NCBI GenBank assembly: GCA_963706025.1
Contig: CAVPLM010000003.1
Coordinates: forward strand, 768,001 to 832,000
Origin: an uncultured Actinomycetes bacterium
GTDB taxonomy: Bacteria; Actinomycetota; Thermoleophilia; RBG-16-64-13
Length of the DNA: 64,000 nt
Direction of reading: 5' to 3'
In this document: positions 1 through 10,800 of the stretch, piece after piece
How positions within the stretch are numbered: the stretch's first letter is position 1
Layout of the letters: each line of letters opens with the position of its first letter
Notes under the pieces: generated by a model
The model's database searches: none
What the model saw: the letters and a program-made list of their open reading frames with translations, nothing else
What the model was told of the DNA's origin: nothing
Made by a program: the position numbers and the translations under genes

Positions 1-173
1 ACTGGATCCCGACACGGCCCAAGTTTCGCCCCGGTGGTCGCAGCCTCGCCGCGAGTGTGGAGGTGCAGGACTCACGGCCTCGCTCCCGTTCGCGCTGGGA
101 AGGTGGGCCTACCCCCCGCGTCTCAACGTGGTTACAATGACAAGCAGCGCCCAACGTCCGCAAAGGGGAGGCG

Positions 174-2831
174 ATGGCGGGCCCGTTGAGCAATCCCGAC
201 GCGCGCTCGGCCGTGATCCGCACGCCGGACTACCGCCTGCGCGTCTTCGTCAGCTCCACGCTCGAGGAGCTCGCCGACGAACGCGACGCCGTGCGCCGCG
301 CCGTCATGCGGTTCCGGCTCGCCCCGGTGATGTTCGAGCTCGGGGCGCGGCCTCACCCGGCTGATGACGTCTATCAGGCCTACCTGGCCCAGAGCCACGT
401 CTTCGTCGGCATCTACTGGCAGTCATACGGATGGGTCGCGCCGGGGAAGACGCGCTCAGGGTTGGAGGACGAGTACGACCTGTCCGCCGGCCTGCCGCGC
501 CTGCTCTACATCAAGAGCCCGGCGCCCGAGCGGGAGCCGGCCCTTGACGATCTCCTGGCGCGGATCAGAGAGGAGAACGCGGGTTGCTACAAGTCGTTCG
601 CGTCGGCGGAGGAGCTCGGGGAGCTCGTCGAGAACGACCTCGCCCTCCTGCTGACCGAGCGCTTCGAGGCGACGCGCGGCCGCGAGCTGCCAAGCGAGGC
701 CGTCGATGAGCACCCGCTGACCAACGTTCCCTTCCCGCGCAACCCCCTCATCGACCGCGTGCAGGAGCTCAAGACGGGCTGCGACCTGCTCCTGCATGAC
801 GACGTGGCGCTGGTGACGCTCACCGGGCCGGGTGGCTCGGGCAAGTCGCGGCTGGGCATCGAGATCGCGCTCGAGGTGCGCGACCGCTTCGCCGACGGCG
901 TCTTCCTGGTCGGACTGGACGTGATCACCGATCCCGACCTCGTGATCCCGACCATCGCCAGGACCCTCGGCGTGCGCGAGCCGACCGACGGGACCACGGT
1001 CGACGATGCGCTTAAGGGGTCCGTCTGCGGCAAGCGGCTGCTCCTGCTCCTCGACAACTTCGAGCAGGTGATCGCCGCGGCTCCGCGCATCGCTCGCCTT
1101 CTGGAGGGATGTCCGCACACCAAGATGCTGGTGACGAGCCGCGCCCCGTTGCGTCTGCGTGCCGAAAGGGAGCTTCGCGTGTCTCCTCTGGCCCTGCCCC
1201 CGGCGGGTCCGATGCTCGAACTCGAGCCGCTCTCGCAGTACGCCGCCGTGCAGCTGTTCATCCAACGGGCGCAGGCGGCGAGGGCCGGCTTCGAGGTCAC
1301 CAACGAGAACGCGCCGGCGGTCGCGGAGATCTGCCACCGGCTCGACGGCCTGCCCCTGGCGATCGAACTGGCTGCCGCACGCATCAGGATGCTCTCGCCG
1401 CGAGCGCTGCTCGAGCGTATGGAGCACAGCTTCGACGTGCTCAGTAGCGTGATCAGGGACCTGCCCGAGAGACAGCGCACGCTCCACGCTACGATCGATT
1501 GGAGTTACAGCCTGCTGAGCGAGGAGCAGAAGCGGCTGTTTCGACGGCTGGGGACCTTCGTCGGAGGGTGGGCGTTCGAGGCCGCCGACGCGGTCTGCAA
1601 CGCGGAGGGCGAGACGCCCGTCGACGTCTTCCAGGCGCTGGAGAGGCTGGTCGACCTCAGTCTCGTCGTGCCGCCCGAGGAGGTGGGTGGTGAGCTCCGC
1701 TTCAGGAGCCTCGAGACGATCCGCGAGTTCGCCGTGAGGCACCTGGTCGAAGCCGGCGAGGCCGACCCGGCGCGGCGGTTGCACGCGGAGTTCTTCCTGA
1801 AGGTCGCGCAGCAGTTCGGCCGAAAGGCCGCGCAGCGACCCCTTGTCCGCCGAGACTACGACGCTGTCGAGGCCGAGCTCGACAACGTGCGCGCGGCGCG
1901 CGTCTGGCTACACGGCCGGCGCCGCGATATCGACGAGATCAGACTGCTATCGGCGCTTCGCCTGTTCTTCTATGTGCGGGGCTACCAGACGGAGGCGAGA
2001 ACGTTCCTGAACGAAGCGCTCGCCCGAGCGCGGGAGGTGCCTCCTGACGTTCGCGCAGATGCGGTGACCGCATGCATCTGGCTTGCCTATCGGGCCGGCG
2101 ACTACACTGCCGCAAGAGTCTCCTGCGGGGAGCTGCTCGCTCTCAGCGCGAGCCTTCCTGATCCGAGCGTGAGGGCCCGGGCACTCGGAGAGCTCGGCAA
2201 TGTCGCCGCCGCGGAGTCGGACTATGAGGGTGCGACAGAGCTGTATGAGGAGGCAGCTCGCATGTTCCGCGAGTCGGGGGAGAAGGGCCGGCTTTCTGCC
2301 GTCCTGGGCAACCTGGGCGAGGTAGTCCTCTGTCAAGGCAGGCTCGACCGCGCCGAGCAGCTCCTCGTCGAGAGCGTCGCGCTCGCGCGTGAGGCCGCTG
2401 ACCCGGACGGCGAGGCCGCCTCGCTCTTTGCGCTCGCGCGGACTCGCCTCGAGCGAGGAGATCGCGAAGCTGCCGGCGGAACGCTCGTCGCAGCGATCGG
2501 CATAGGTGCCGACCTCGGCTACCCGGAGGTCCTCGCGTACTGCGTCACGCTCGCGGCCGAGCTCGCGGCACCGTTTGCCCCCGAATCGGCTGCCCAGCTG
2601 GCCGGCGCGAGCGAGGCCGCCCTGGAAAGGCTAGGCATCCCCCTCCAGAAGCTGGAGCGTGAAGCCCACGAACGCACACTCGCTTCTCTGAGCGCCCGGC
2701 TCGGGCCCAGATCGGAGGAGCTGCGCGCACGCGGGCGTGAGCTCGATCTGGAAGATGCAGCTTCAAGCGCTCGCTCTCTGCTCGACCGTCTGAGGATCGA
2801 CTCCGGAGCGACTCCCGGCTGTCCAGCCTAG
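174..2831 (+). CDS. DUF4062-domain STAND/NB-ARC-type ATPase with C-terminal TPR repeats
   Basis: N-terminal RVFVSSTLEELADER...FVGIYWQSYG (DUF4062-like); Walker A GPGGSGKS; Walker B LLLLDNFEQV; LDGLPLAIELAA; TPR-like helical C-terminus; GGGAGG RBS upstream. Confidence 0.85.
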   Translation: MAGPLSNPDARSAVIRTPDYRLRVFVSSTLEELADERDAVRRAVMRFRLAPVMFELGARPHPADDVYQAYLAQSHVFVGIYWQSYGWVAPGKTRSGLEDEYDLSAGLPRLLYIKSPAPEREPALDDLLARIREENAGCYKSFASAEELGELVENDLALLLTERFEATRGRELPSEAVDEHPLTNVPFPRNPLIDRVQELKTGCDLLLHDDVALVTLTGPGGSGKSRLGIEIALEVRDRFADGVFLVGLDVITDPDLVIPTIARTLGVREPTDGTTVDDALKGSVCGKRLLLLLDNFEQVIAAAPRIARLLEGCPHTKMLVTSRAPLRLRAERELRVSPLALPPAGPMLELEPLSQYAAVQLFIQRAQAARAGFEVTNENAPAVAEICHRLDGLPLAIELAAARIRMLSPRALLERMEHSFDVLSSVIRDLPERQRTLHATIDWSYSLLSEEQKRLFRRLGTFVGGWAFEAADAVCNAEGETPVDVFQALERLVDLSLVVPPEEVGGELRFRSLETIREFAVRHLVEAGEADPARRLHAEFFLKVAQQFGRKAAQRPLVRRDYDAVEAELDNVRAARVWLHGRRRDIDEIRLLSALRLFFYVRGYQTEARTFLNEALARAREVPPDVRADAVTACIWLAYRAGDYTAARVSCGELLALSASLPDPSVRARALGELGNVAAAESDYEGATELYEEAARMFRESGEKGRLSAVLGNLGEVVLCQGRLDRAEQLLVESVALAREAADPDGEAASLFALARTRLERGDREAAGGTLVAAIGIGADLGYPEVLAYCVTLAAELAAPFAPESAAQLAGASEAALERLGIPLQKLEREAHERTLASLSARLGPRSEELRARGRELDLEDAASSARSLLDRLRIDSGATPGCPA

Positions 2832-3000
2832 CGTGCGCCCTGTGCCGGGAGCGTCGGGTCTCCTGCATGGCGCTCACGGCGGGCCGACTCGAGGCGCCGT
2901 CCGCCGACGCGCGCCGCGTCTTGCTCGCGGCGGTCTCGAGATCGGCGCAGCGCCCTTGTGCGCCGGCGGTACGCGGCTGTGGATCGCATCAGCCGACCGA

Positions 3001-3408
3001 CTAGCCGGCTATCCGCGAAACGACAAAGTCGACCGTGCGCCGGTCGTAGTCCACGCGGTGCTCGGTGCCGCTAATCTCGTGCCCGTCATCCGGGTAGACG
3101 ATCGCCCCGCACTCCACGCCGTAGGCGCACGCGCTGTGCGCGACCTCGTCGACCTGGCCGGGCGGGCAGCGAGGGTCGAGGGCCGCCGCCATGATCAGCA
3201 GGGGCGCCCTGATCCGGTCCAGATGGTTGATGGGCGAGTAGTACTCAAGGCGGGCGCGGTCCTGGGGCAGGCGGCCGCTGTTCTCGACGTCCCACCAGAC
3301 GAGGTCGGGGCGAACGGCCAGATCCTGTTCGCTCACCTGATCCTGCAGCCGCCGTACGTCGTTGAGCCGCTGTGCCCGGTGTCCCGGGAAAAGCGAATGA
3401 TCCTTCAC
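3001..3408 (-). pseudogene. C-terminal fragment of an S9 (prolyl oligopeptidase family) peptidase
   Basis: SPINHLDRIRAPLLIM, DPRCP (catalytic Asp) and YPDDGHE (catalytic His) present; no GxSxG nucleophile; only 13 nt separate it from the upstream gene's stop. Confidence 0.6.
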
Positions 3409-3421
3409 GGTAGACCCCTAG

Positions 3422-4663
3422 TCAGAACATCGTGACGCAGTAGGGGGCTGTGCCCGTTCTGAACATGGCATCAGCGCGTTCGAGCGCCCCTGTGCTTAGC
3501 TCACGTACCCGCCCGGCCATCGCCAGCGCCGCGAACGAGACTCCGCCAAGATAGGCTGCGCCCAGACTGTCCATTCCAAGGGCGAGATCGGGCGCGGCCG
3601 TTGTGGGCGCGCATTCGGCGCCTCCAGTGCCAGCCGGACCGCTGCTGAGGATGAAGCGGCTGGTGCTCGGAGTCGGAAAGGCGTCGGTCACCTCCAGGAC
3701 CAAGCGTCCCGGGTACCCATACGCTCGAGCCGCGAGCGCTCGGGGCACGTCGAGCAGTCGCAGCCACAGGTAGTCGGCAAGAGCGTCCACTCGGAAGCGC
3801 CGGGGATCGGCCAGGAGCCAGCGTAGCGGCTCGTCTGCCCGGCCGCTCGAAAAGGATATCGTCCGGCACAGGTCGGTATTCAGCGCGTAATCCCACAACG
3901 CTCTGTAGACGCCCGGGTCGCCGGCTATGAGTTCGACCACCAGGACGTGACTCAAAGAGATCGCGCCCTCCCATTGCTCTCTGATGCGGTAGCTCAGGTA
4001 ACCGTCGGCGACCCCCGGCACGGTCTCGTGCTTGGCGTGGAACATCCCGCCTCCGCCCTCGCGCTCCCGAGGGTGATCGTACAGGTGTTCGCTCCACCAG
4101 CCGGGTGAACGGCTGACCGCTCCGGGTTGCAGAAGGCGAAGGTCCTCGTAGATGAGGGGCAGTTCCGCGGCGGCTTCCTCGGCGTCGAGGAGAATGACGC
4201 GGCCCGGGTCCTCGACCGGGACCGCGAGAGCCGCATAAGGCTGCTCCACACTGAAGCTGATGACGCTGGTGGCCGGACCGTAGCCAAAGCGACCATAGAT
4301 GTTTCCCTCGGACGCGAGAAGCGTCGACACGGGCTCACCGCGATGGACCATGCCGGCGAATTGGGCCGCCACAAGTTGCCGGATGATGCCGCGCCGGCGA
4401 TGTGTGGGGAGAACACCCACCCAAGTGAGGCCTCCCGCGGGCACGGCCGACCCGCCGGGCAGGGTGAGCTCCATGGAGAGCACTGTGGACGTGGCCACCA
4501 TCTTGCCGCCTTCGAACGCGCACAGTGCTCGTTCCAAGGGGAAAGCCAGGCGGTAGATTCTCTCGTCCTCCTCCGTCGGTTGCTCACCGAACGCGGTGCA
4601 CACGACGCCGACCGCGGCGTGGAACTCCTCTTCCCTTGGGGGGCGTATCTCGATGCCGTCCAT
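3422..4663 (-). CDS. eis: Eis-family GNAT acetyltransferase with C-terminal SCP2-like domain
   Basis: VGVLPTHRRRG, LLASEGNIYGRFGYG, LWLRLLDVPRALAARAY, LGAAYLGG; start placed at ATG 4663, 7 nt after a TATCAT -10 box. Confidence 0.88.
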   Translation of the reverse strand: MDGIEIRPPREEEFHAAVGVVCTAFGEQPTEEDERIYRLAFPLERALCAFEGGKMVATSTVLSMELTLPGGSAVPAGGLTWVGVLPTHRRRGIIRQLVAAQFAGMVHRGEPVSTLLASEGNIYGRFGYGPATSVISFSVEQPYAALAVPVEDPGRVILLDAEEAAAELPLIYEDLRLLQPGAVSRSPGWWSEHLYDHPREREGGGGMFHAKHETVPGVADGYLSYRIREQWEGAISLSHVLVVELIAGDPGVYRALWDYALNTDLCRTISFSSGRADEPLRWLLADPRRFRVDALADYLWLRLLDVPRALAARAYGYPGRLVLEVTDAFPTPSTSRFILSSGPAGTGGAECAPTTAAPDLALGMDSLGAAYLGGVSFAALAMAGRVRELSTGALERADAMFRTGTAPYCVTMF

Positions 4664-4735
4664 AGTGGACATGATACATACGGGGAACGAGGAGGGCGAT
4701 GGCCGACTCATCACCTCTCATTGGGATGCCGATAC

Positions 4736-4793
4736 TTGACGATGTCGGCTCGTCTCTGTAAGCTTCCTCGGCCAGTGAATGAACGTTCATTCA
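4736..4793 (+). promoter_or_regulatory. sigma70-type promoter plus TetR-type operator
   Basis: TTGACG(4736)-17 nt-TAAGCT(4759); perfect 18-bp palindrome TGAATGAACGTTCATTCA at 4776-4793, upstream of tetR. Confidence 0.7.
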
Positions 4794-4838
4794 GGATTCT
4801 GGTGAGTCGGTAATCCGGGTGCCTGAAGGGCGGTCATA

Positions 4839-5510
4839 GTGGCAAGAATCACATGCGAGGAGTTCCAGACCCGCAGAGACGAGATACTCGCGTCCGCTAC
4901 CCGCGTGTTCGCCCGCCGGGGATGCGCTCAGGCGACCATGAACGATGTGGCCGCCGAGGCGGGCCTGAGCGTGGGGGCTATCTACCGCTACTATCCAAGT
5001 AAGGACGACCTTGTGCGGGCCGTGTTCGAGCATATCGGTGAGAGCACGCGCGCACTTTTTACCCGAGCCGCGGAGAGGGCCGACACGCCGGCCGACATAC
5101 TGAGAGGCGCGGGATGGGCGATAGAGCAGCGGTTCAGGGAGGCACCCGCGCGCGAGGAGACCATCTTGGTGCTGGAGGCCATTCTCGCAGACGCGCGACG
5201 GGAAGGGGATTCTCCGGCTCGCGGCCGTCAGCTCAGGGAGGCGTACGTCTTTCTGACCGAGCGTCTCTTCCGGGAGGCCCAAGAGCAGGGGGCGCTCGAT
5301 CCCGGAATAGATGCGCGCGGCCTGGCCTTGCTTTTCGTCTCTCTGATGGTGGGTATACATGTACTGAGCCTGGAATTCGGGGAGAGCTTTGACATGAAAC
5401 CGCTCCGCGAGATGGTGGATGAGTTGTTGGAGCGTTTCGCGCCCCGTCCGAGTCGAAGAATGGACGACATAGGCGACGACGCGTTGGTTTCTATCGGGGG
5501 TCAGCAGTGA
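4839..5510 (+). CDS. TetR/AcrR family transcriptional regulator
   Basis: RRDEILASATRVFARRG...TMNDVAAEAGLSVGAIYRYYPSKDDL helix-turn-helix. Confidence 0.92.
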   Translation: MARITCEEFQTRRDEILASATRVFARRGCAQATMNDVAAEAGLSVGAIYRYYPSKDDLVRAVFEHIGESTRALFTRAAERADTPADILRGAGWAIEQRFREAPAREETILVLEAILADARREGDSPARGRQLREAYVFLTERLFREAQEQGALDPGIDARGLALLFVSLMVGIHVLSLEFGESFDMKPLREMVDELLERFAPRPSRRMDDIGDDALVSIGGQQ

Positions 5511-7747
5511 AGTTCCCTTCCACGGAAAGACTGGCCGGTTTCAGCGCCCGCCACCCTTGGTGGGTGGTAGGTATATGGGTGCTCTTCCTGGTCCTGGCGC
5601 TCGCCGCGTCGCCCGGACTCAAGGGCGCGCTCACCGGCGACGAGATGAAGTTTCTCAACAACCCGGATTCGGTCAAAGGCCAGACCCTGCTCTCGCAGGA
5701 GATGATCGGGACCCCGGACATCACGGAGACCGTGATTGTTCACTCCGACACGGCTACCGTCGACGATCCTGTCTTCCAGCAGAGAGTCGAGGAGGTCACG
5801 GCGGCTCTGTTCGCGCAGCGCGGGACTGTCGCCCAGGCCTTCACGTATTACCAAGCCGCTCTCTTCGATCCGGAGGCGGCCGAGACGATGGTCTCGGCCG
5901 ACCGTCACACCACCCTCATCCCGGTCTCATTCGTCGGGGATGCTGCTGCGAATGGCGACTCTATAGACACATATCTGGAAACGGTCCGCTCTCAGAACGC
6001 CGAGGGCTTCGAGGTCGCGACAGTGGGCGGGGCCAGCATCGGGCGCGAGTTCACCACCGTCGCCGAGCGGGACCTGCTGAAAGCCGAGTTAATCGGCCTG
6101 CCCATCACCTTGCTCGTCCTCGTCTTCGTCTTCGGCGCGCTGATGGCCGCCGGCGTCTCCCTGGCGCTCGCTCTGGTGGCCATCTTTGTGAGCATGGGGG
6201 TGATAGCCGTCGTGGGACTTTTCGTCCCCCAGTCGTTCTTCATCGTGAACGTTATCATGATGATCGGTCTGGCCGTGGGCATCGACTACGCGCTCTTCAT
6301 CATCGAGCGCTTCCGAGAGGAAAGGCGGCAGGGTCTCAGTAAGATCGAGGCTATCACCGCAACCGGGGCGACGGCCAGCCGGGCGGTCCTCTTCTCCGGG
6401 GGCACGGTCATGCTCGCCCTGGCGGGACTCTTCATCATTCCCATCACCACGTTCCGCAGCCTGGGAGTGGGTGCGCTGTTGGTCGTGGCGGTCGCCATCC
6501 TGGCGATGCTCACTCTGGTTCCGGCGCTGCTCAGCCTCCTCGGGGACCGGGTCAACTGGCCTCTGGTCCGTTGGCACAGGAAGAAGCACGACGGTGAGCG
6601 CGTGCACAGTCACCTCACCGTATACAAGGGCTTCTGGGGCAAGTTCACCAAAGGCATCATGGCCAGGCCGATCGTGGGAGTGGTGCTGACGGTGGTCATA
6701 TTGCTGGCCATCACCGTACCTGCGTTCATGCTCAAGACCGGGGCGTCTGGAGGGCCGGAAGCGCTCCCCGCCGGGGAGCGTCGAGATGCCTATGAGTTGC
6801 TCGTTGACAACTTCCCCGCGGGCGTGTTGGCCCCTGTCCAGATCGTGGTGGACGCGGAACGGACCGCCACGATCGACGGGGCGATCGAGGCTCTGCGCGA
6901 GCGCATGAACACCTCGGGGGATTTCGCCGCCGTGGCCACGGTGAACTGGAACCAGGATGAGAATGTGGCCCTGATCAGCGCTCCCCTCGCCGTGGAGGGC
7001 AATTCCGAGGCTGCATATGCGGCGATCGACGACCTACGGGCCGGAATGATCCCCGAGGCTTTTGCCCGCCAGGACGCATCTGTGTTCGTAACGGGCCAAA
7101 CCGCCCTCGAATACGACTCTGTCAGCCTCGTCAACAAGCTCACGCCGGCGGTACTGGCGTTCGTCCTGGGGCTGACCTTCATCCTGCTCATGGTGGTCTT
7201 CCGCTCGATCGTGGTGCCGCTCAACGCCATCCTTATGAACCTGCTCTCGGTGGGAGCGGCCTACGGGATGCTGGTGCTGGTGTTCCAGAAGGGGATCGGG
7301 CATCAGCTCTTCGGTTTCCAGCAGACGCCGACCATAGAGTCGTGGGTGCCGATATTCCTATTCTGCATTCTGTTCGGGCTGAGCATGGACTACCACGTGT
7401 TCCTTCTCAGCCGCATCCAGGAGCATTACGATCGCACAGACAAGAGCAAAGAGGCGGTGGCCGTAGGGCTCAAAGCGACCAGTCGCATCATCACCGGAGC
7501 AGCTCTGATCATGGTGGTGGTGTTCTCGACTTTCGCCGCGGGCAACCTGGTGATGTTGCAGCAGGTGGGATTCGGCCTGGCTGTCGCGGTACTGCTCGAC
7601 GCCACCCTCATCCGCTCGATACTGGTGCCCGCCAGCATGGCGCTTCTAGGCAAGATCAGCTGGTACTTGCCGCGGGCGCTCCGGCGGGTCCTGCCTCGCA
7701 TCCGCATCGAGGGCCAGCGCACCAAGCCGGTCAGGCCTCCGGCCTAA
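5507..7747 (+). CDS. MMPL family (RND) transporter
   Basis: GLAVGIDYALFIIERFREE, FGLSMDYHVFLLSRIQE, RIITGAALIM, LDATLIRSILVPA; GTGA overlap with tetR. Confidence 0.93.
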   Translation: MKFPSTERLAGFSARHPWWVVGIWVLFLVLALAASPGLKGALTGDEMKFLNNPDSVKGQTLLSQEMIGTPDITETVIVHSDTATVDDPVFQQRVEEVTAALFAQRGTVAQAFTYYQAALFDPEAAETMVSADRHTTLIPVSFVGDAAANGDSIDTYLETVRSQNAEGFEVATVGGASIGREFTTVAERDLLKAELIGLPITLLVLVFVFGALMAAGVSLALALVAIFVSMGVIAVVGLFVPQSFFIVNVIMMIGLAVGIDYALFIIERFREERRQGLSKIEAITATGATASRAVLFSGGTVMLALAGLFIIPITTFRSLGVGALLVVAVAILAMLTLVPALLSLLGDRVNWPLVRWHRKKHDGERVHSHLTVYKGFWGKFTKGIMARPIVGVVLTVVILLAITVPAFMLKTGASGGPEALPAGERRDAYELLVDNFPAGVLAPVQIVVDAERTATIDGAIEALRERMNTSGDFAAVATVNWNQDENVALISAPLAVEGNSEAAYAAIDDLRAGMIPEAFARQDASVFVTGQTALEYDSVSLVNKLTPAVLAFVLGLTFILLMVVFRSIVVPLNAILMNLLSVGAAYGMLVLVFQKGIGHQLFGFQQTPTIESWVPIFLFCILFGLSMDYHVFLLSRIQEHYDRTDKSKEAVAVGLKATSRIITGAALIMVVVFSTFAAGNLVMLQQVGFGLAVAVLLDATLIRSILVPASMALLGKISWYLPRALRRVLPRIRIEGQRTKPVRPPA

Positions 7748-7899
7748 GAACTCGTTTCAGAATGGAGTCTTGGCCGTCTCGTCCGCGCTGGGCGGAGCGA
7801 TCCATCGTCCTCAGTCGCGCCCTTAGCGCTGCTACGACCGCCCCCTCCGCGTAAAGGGCTATAATGGCCCGCGGCTACCCCAGCGAAGGAGAGATCCAG

Positions 7900-10800
7900 A
7901 TGGTGAACAGCATCGCAATGATGGACGGCAACGAGGCCGTCGCCTACATTGCCCACAAGGTGAACGAAGTGATCGCTATCTACCCGATCACCCCCTCGAG
8001 CCCCATGGGGGAGCATTCCGACGCCTGGAGCGCCGCCGGCAAGAGGAACCTGTGGGGGACGGTCCCGCTGGTGGTCGAGATGCAGTCCGAGGCCGGCGCG
8101 GCCGCAGCCGTGCACGGGGCCTTGCAGGCCGGTTCGCTCAGCACGACTTTCACCGCGAGCCAGGGGCTGCTCCTCATGATCCCCACCATGTACAAGGTGG
8201 CGGGAGAACTCACGGCGTCCTGCTGGCACGTGTCCGCACGCTCCCTTGCCTGCCAGGCGCTGAGTATCTTCGGGGACCATCAGGACGTCATGGCCGTCCG
8301 GCAGACAGGTTTCGCCCTCCTAGCCTCCAATTCGGTGCAGGAAGCGCACGATCTAGCGCTGGTCGGCTCGGCAAGTACGCTGAAGGCCCGGGTCCCGTTC
8401 ATCCACTTCTTCGATGGCTTCCGCACTTCTCACGAAGTGCAGAAGGTCGAACTCCTGGCAGACGATATCCTTAGGGCCATGACCGATGAGGATCTGGTGT
8501 TGGCTCATCGCGAGCGGGCCATGAGCCCCGACCGTCCCGTTCTTCGGGGTACCAGCCAGAACCCGGACGTTTATTTCCAGGGGCGGGAGAGCGTCAACCC
8601 CTACTACCTGGCCTGCCCCGAGATCGTACAGGAATACATGGACCGACTGGCCGCCCTGACGGGCCGGTCGTATCACCTGTTCGACTACGCTGGGGCCCCC
8701 GATGCCGAGCGCGTGGTGGTACTCATGGGCTCTGGAGCCGATGCGGCCCACGAGACCGTGGACTACCTCACCGCCAGGGGAGAGAAAGTGGGGGTGCTCA
8801 AAGTCCGGCTCTACCGTCCCTTCAGCATCGAGCACTTCGTGGAGGCTCTGCCGGAGACGGTCAAGGCCGTAGCCGTTCTCGACCGCACCAAGGAGCCGGG
8901 ATCAAGCGGTGAGCCCCTGTATCTCGACGTGGTAGACGCCCTCGCCGCCTCAGGCCGTCCGGTCAAGGTCATCGGAGGGCGGTACGGTCTCTCGAGCAAG
9001 GAATTCACGCCGGCGATGGTCAAGGCGGTCCTCGATGAGTTGGCCAAACCCGATCCCAAGAAGCACTTCACGGTTGGCATCAACGACGATGTCACCCATA
9101 CCAGTCTGGAATACGACCCCCGATTCAGCACCGAGCCCGAGAGCGTGGTGAGGGCTCTGTTCTACGGCCTGGGTAGTGACGGCACCGTCGGGGCCAACAA
9201 GAACTCCATCAAGATCATCGGGGAAGACACGCCGAACTACGCCCAGGGGTACTTCGTCTACGACTCCAAGAAGGCCGGAGTCATGACGGTCAGCCATCTG
9301 CGCTTCGGCCCGCAGCCGATCAAATCGTCCTATCTGGTTGACAAAGCCACCTTTGTCGCCTGCCACGTGTGGGCGTTCTTGGAGAAGTTCGACCTGTTGG
9401 CCGCAGCTGTACCCGGCGCCACCTTCCTGCTGAATGCTCCCTTCCCGACGGAAGAGGTGTGGGACAAGATCCCGCGTGAGGTGCAGCAGAGGATCATCGA
9501 CATGGACATCAAGGTATATGCCATCAACGCCTATGAGGTCGCGAAAGAGACCGGTATGGGTGCCCGCATCAATACCATTATGCAGACCTGCTTCTTCTAT
9601 CTGTCGAGCATCCTGCCTCAAGACGAGGCTATCGCCGCGATCAAGACGACCATCAAGAAGACCTACGGCAAGCGCGGTGACAAGGTGGTGCAGATGAACT
9701 ACGACGCGGTCGATCAGGCCATCGCCAATCTGCATCAGCTCACGATCCCGAAATCTCCCACCAGCGCGGTAGAGAAGCCACCGGTGGTCCCCGACGAGGC
9801 GCCGGATTTCGTGAAGAAGGTCACCGCCATGATCATGGCCGGCCGAGGTGACGACGTGCCGGTGAGCTACATCCCGGCTGACGGCACCTGGCCCACGGGC
9901 ACGACCCAGTGGGAGAAGCGCAATATCGCGCTCGAGATCCCCGTGTGGGAGCCGGAACTGTGTATCCAGTGCGGAAAGTGCTCGTTCCACTGCCCTCACG
10001 CGACCATCCGCACCAAGCTCTACGACCCGGTGGCGCTCGCCGGCGCCCCTGCGAGCTTCAAGTCGGTCGATGCCAAGGGTAAGGAGTATGCCGGCCGGAA
10101 ATGGACCGTTCAAGTAGCTCCCGAGGACTGCACCGGCTGCGGAGCCTGCGTGCACATCTGCCCTGGGAAGGACAAGGCCGACCCGAGCCGCAAGGCGATC
10201 AACATGGCCTTCCAGCCGCCGCTTCGGGAGAGCGAACGGGACAACTACGAGTTCTTCCTCGGCCTGCCGGATGCGGACCGGTCGGAGGTGAGGGTGAGCA
10301 GCGTCAAAGGGAGCCAGCTCCTGCGGCCGCTGTTCGAGTACTCCGGTGCCTGTGCCGGGTGTGGCGAGACTCCGTATCTGAAGCTTCTCAGTCAACTGGT
10401 GGGCGACCGCCTGCTCATCGGCAACGCCACCGGCTGTTCGAGCATCTACGGCGGGAACCTGCCGACCACCCCCTACTCGACGAACGATGAGGGTCGTGGG
10501 CCCACGTGGAGCAATTCCCTGTTCGAAGACGCCGCGGAATTCAGTTTCGGCCTGCGTCTAACGGTGGACAAGCAGAGCGAGTTCGCCCGCGAGCTCGTGG
10601 CTTCGCTGCGCGACACCGTGGGGGCGGAACTGGCGGAGGCGCTGCTCGAATCGAAGCAGGCCGACGAGGCCGAGATCGCCGCGCAAAGAGAGCGGGTAGC
10701 CGCACTGAAGACCAAAGTGCGGGCGGCTATCAAGAACAACGGTTCCGACCCCCGCTACGGCCAGCTGCTCGCCCTCGCCGACTACCTGGTCAGGAAGAGC

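Noticed and set aside
11-21. GACACGGCCCA resembles a conserved 16S rRNA segment
   Set aside because: Only ~11 nt match; the flanks (ACTCCTACGGGAGG etc.) are absent
2883-2946. Imperfect GC-rich hairpin between convergent genes
   Set aside because: Adequately explained as a terminator-like structure; no repeat copies noticed
8950-10395. Long antisense ORFs (also 456-1784, 39507-41027, 45147-46694, 54934-56361)
   Set aside because: They lie opposite clearly conserved genes and show no motifs; expected in high-GC DNA
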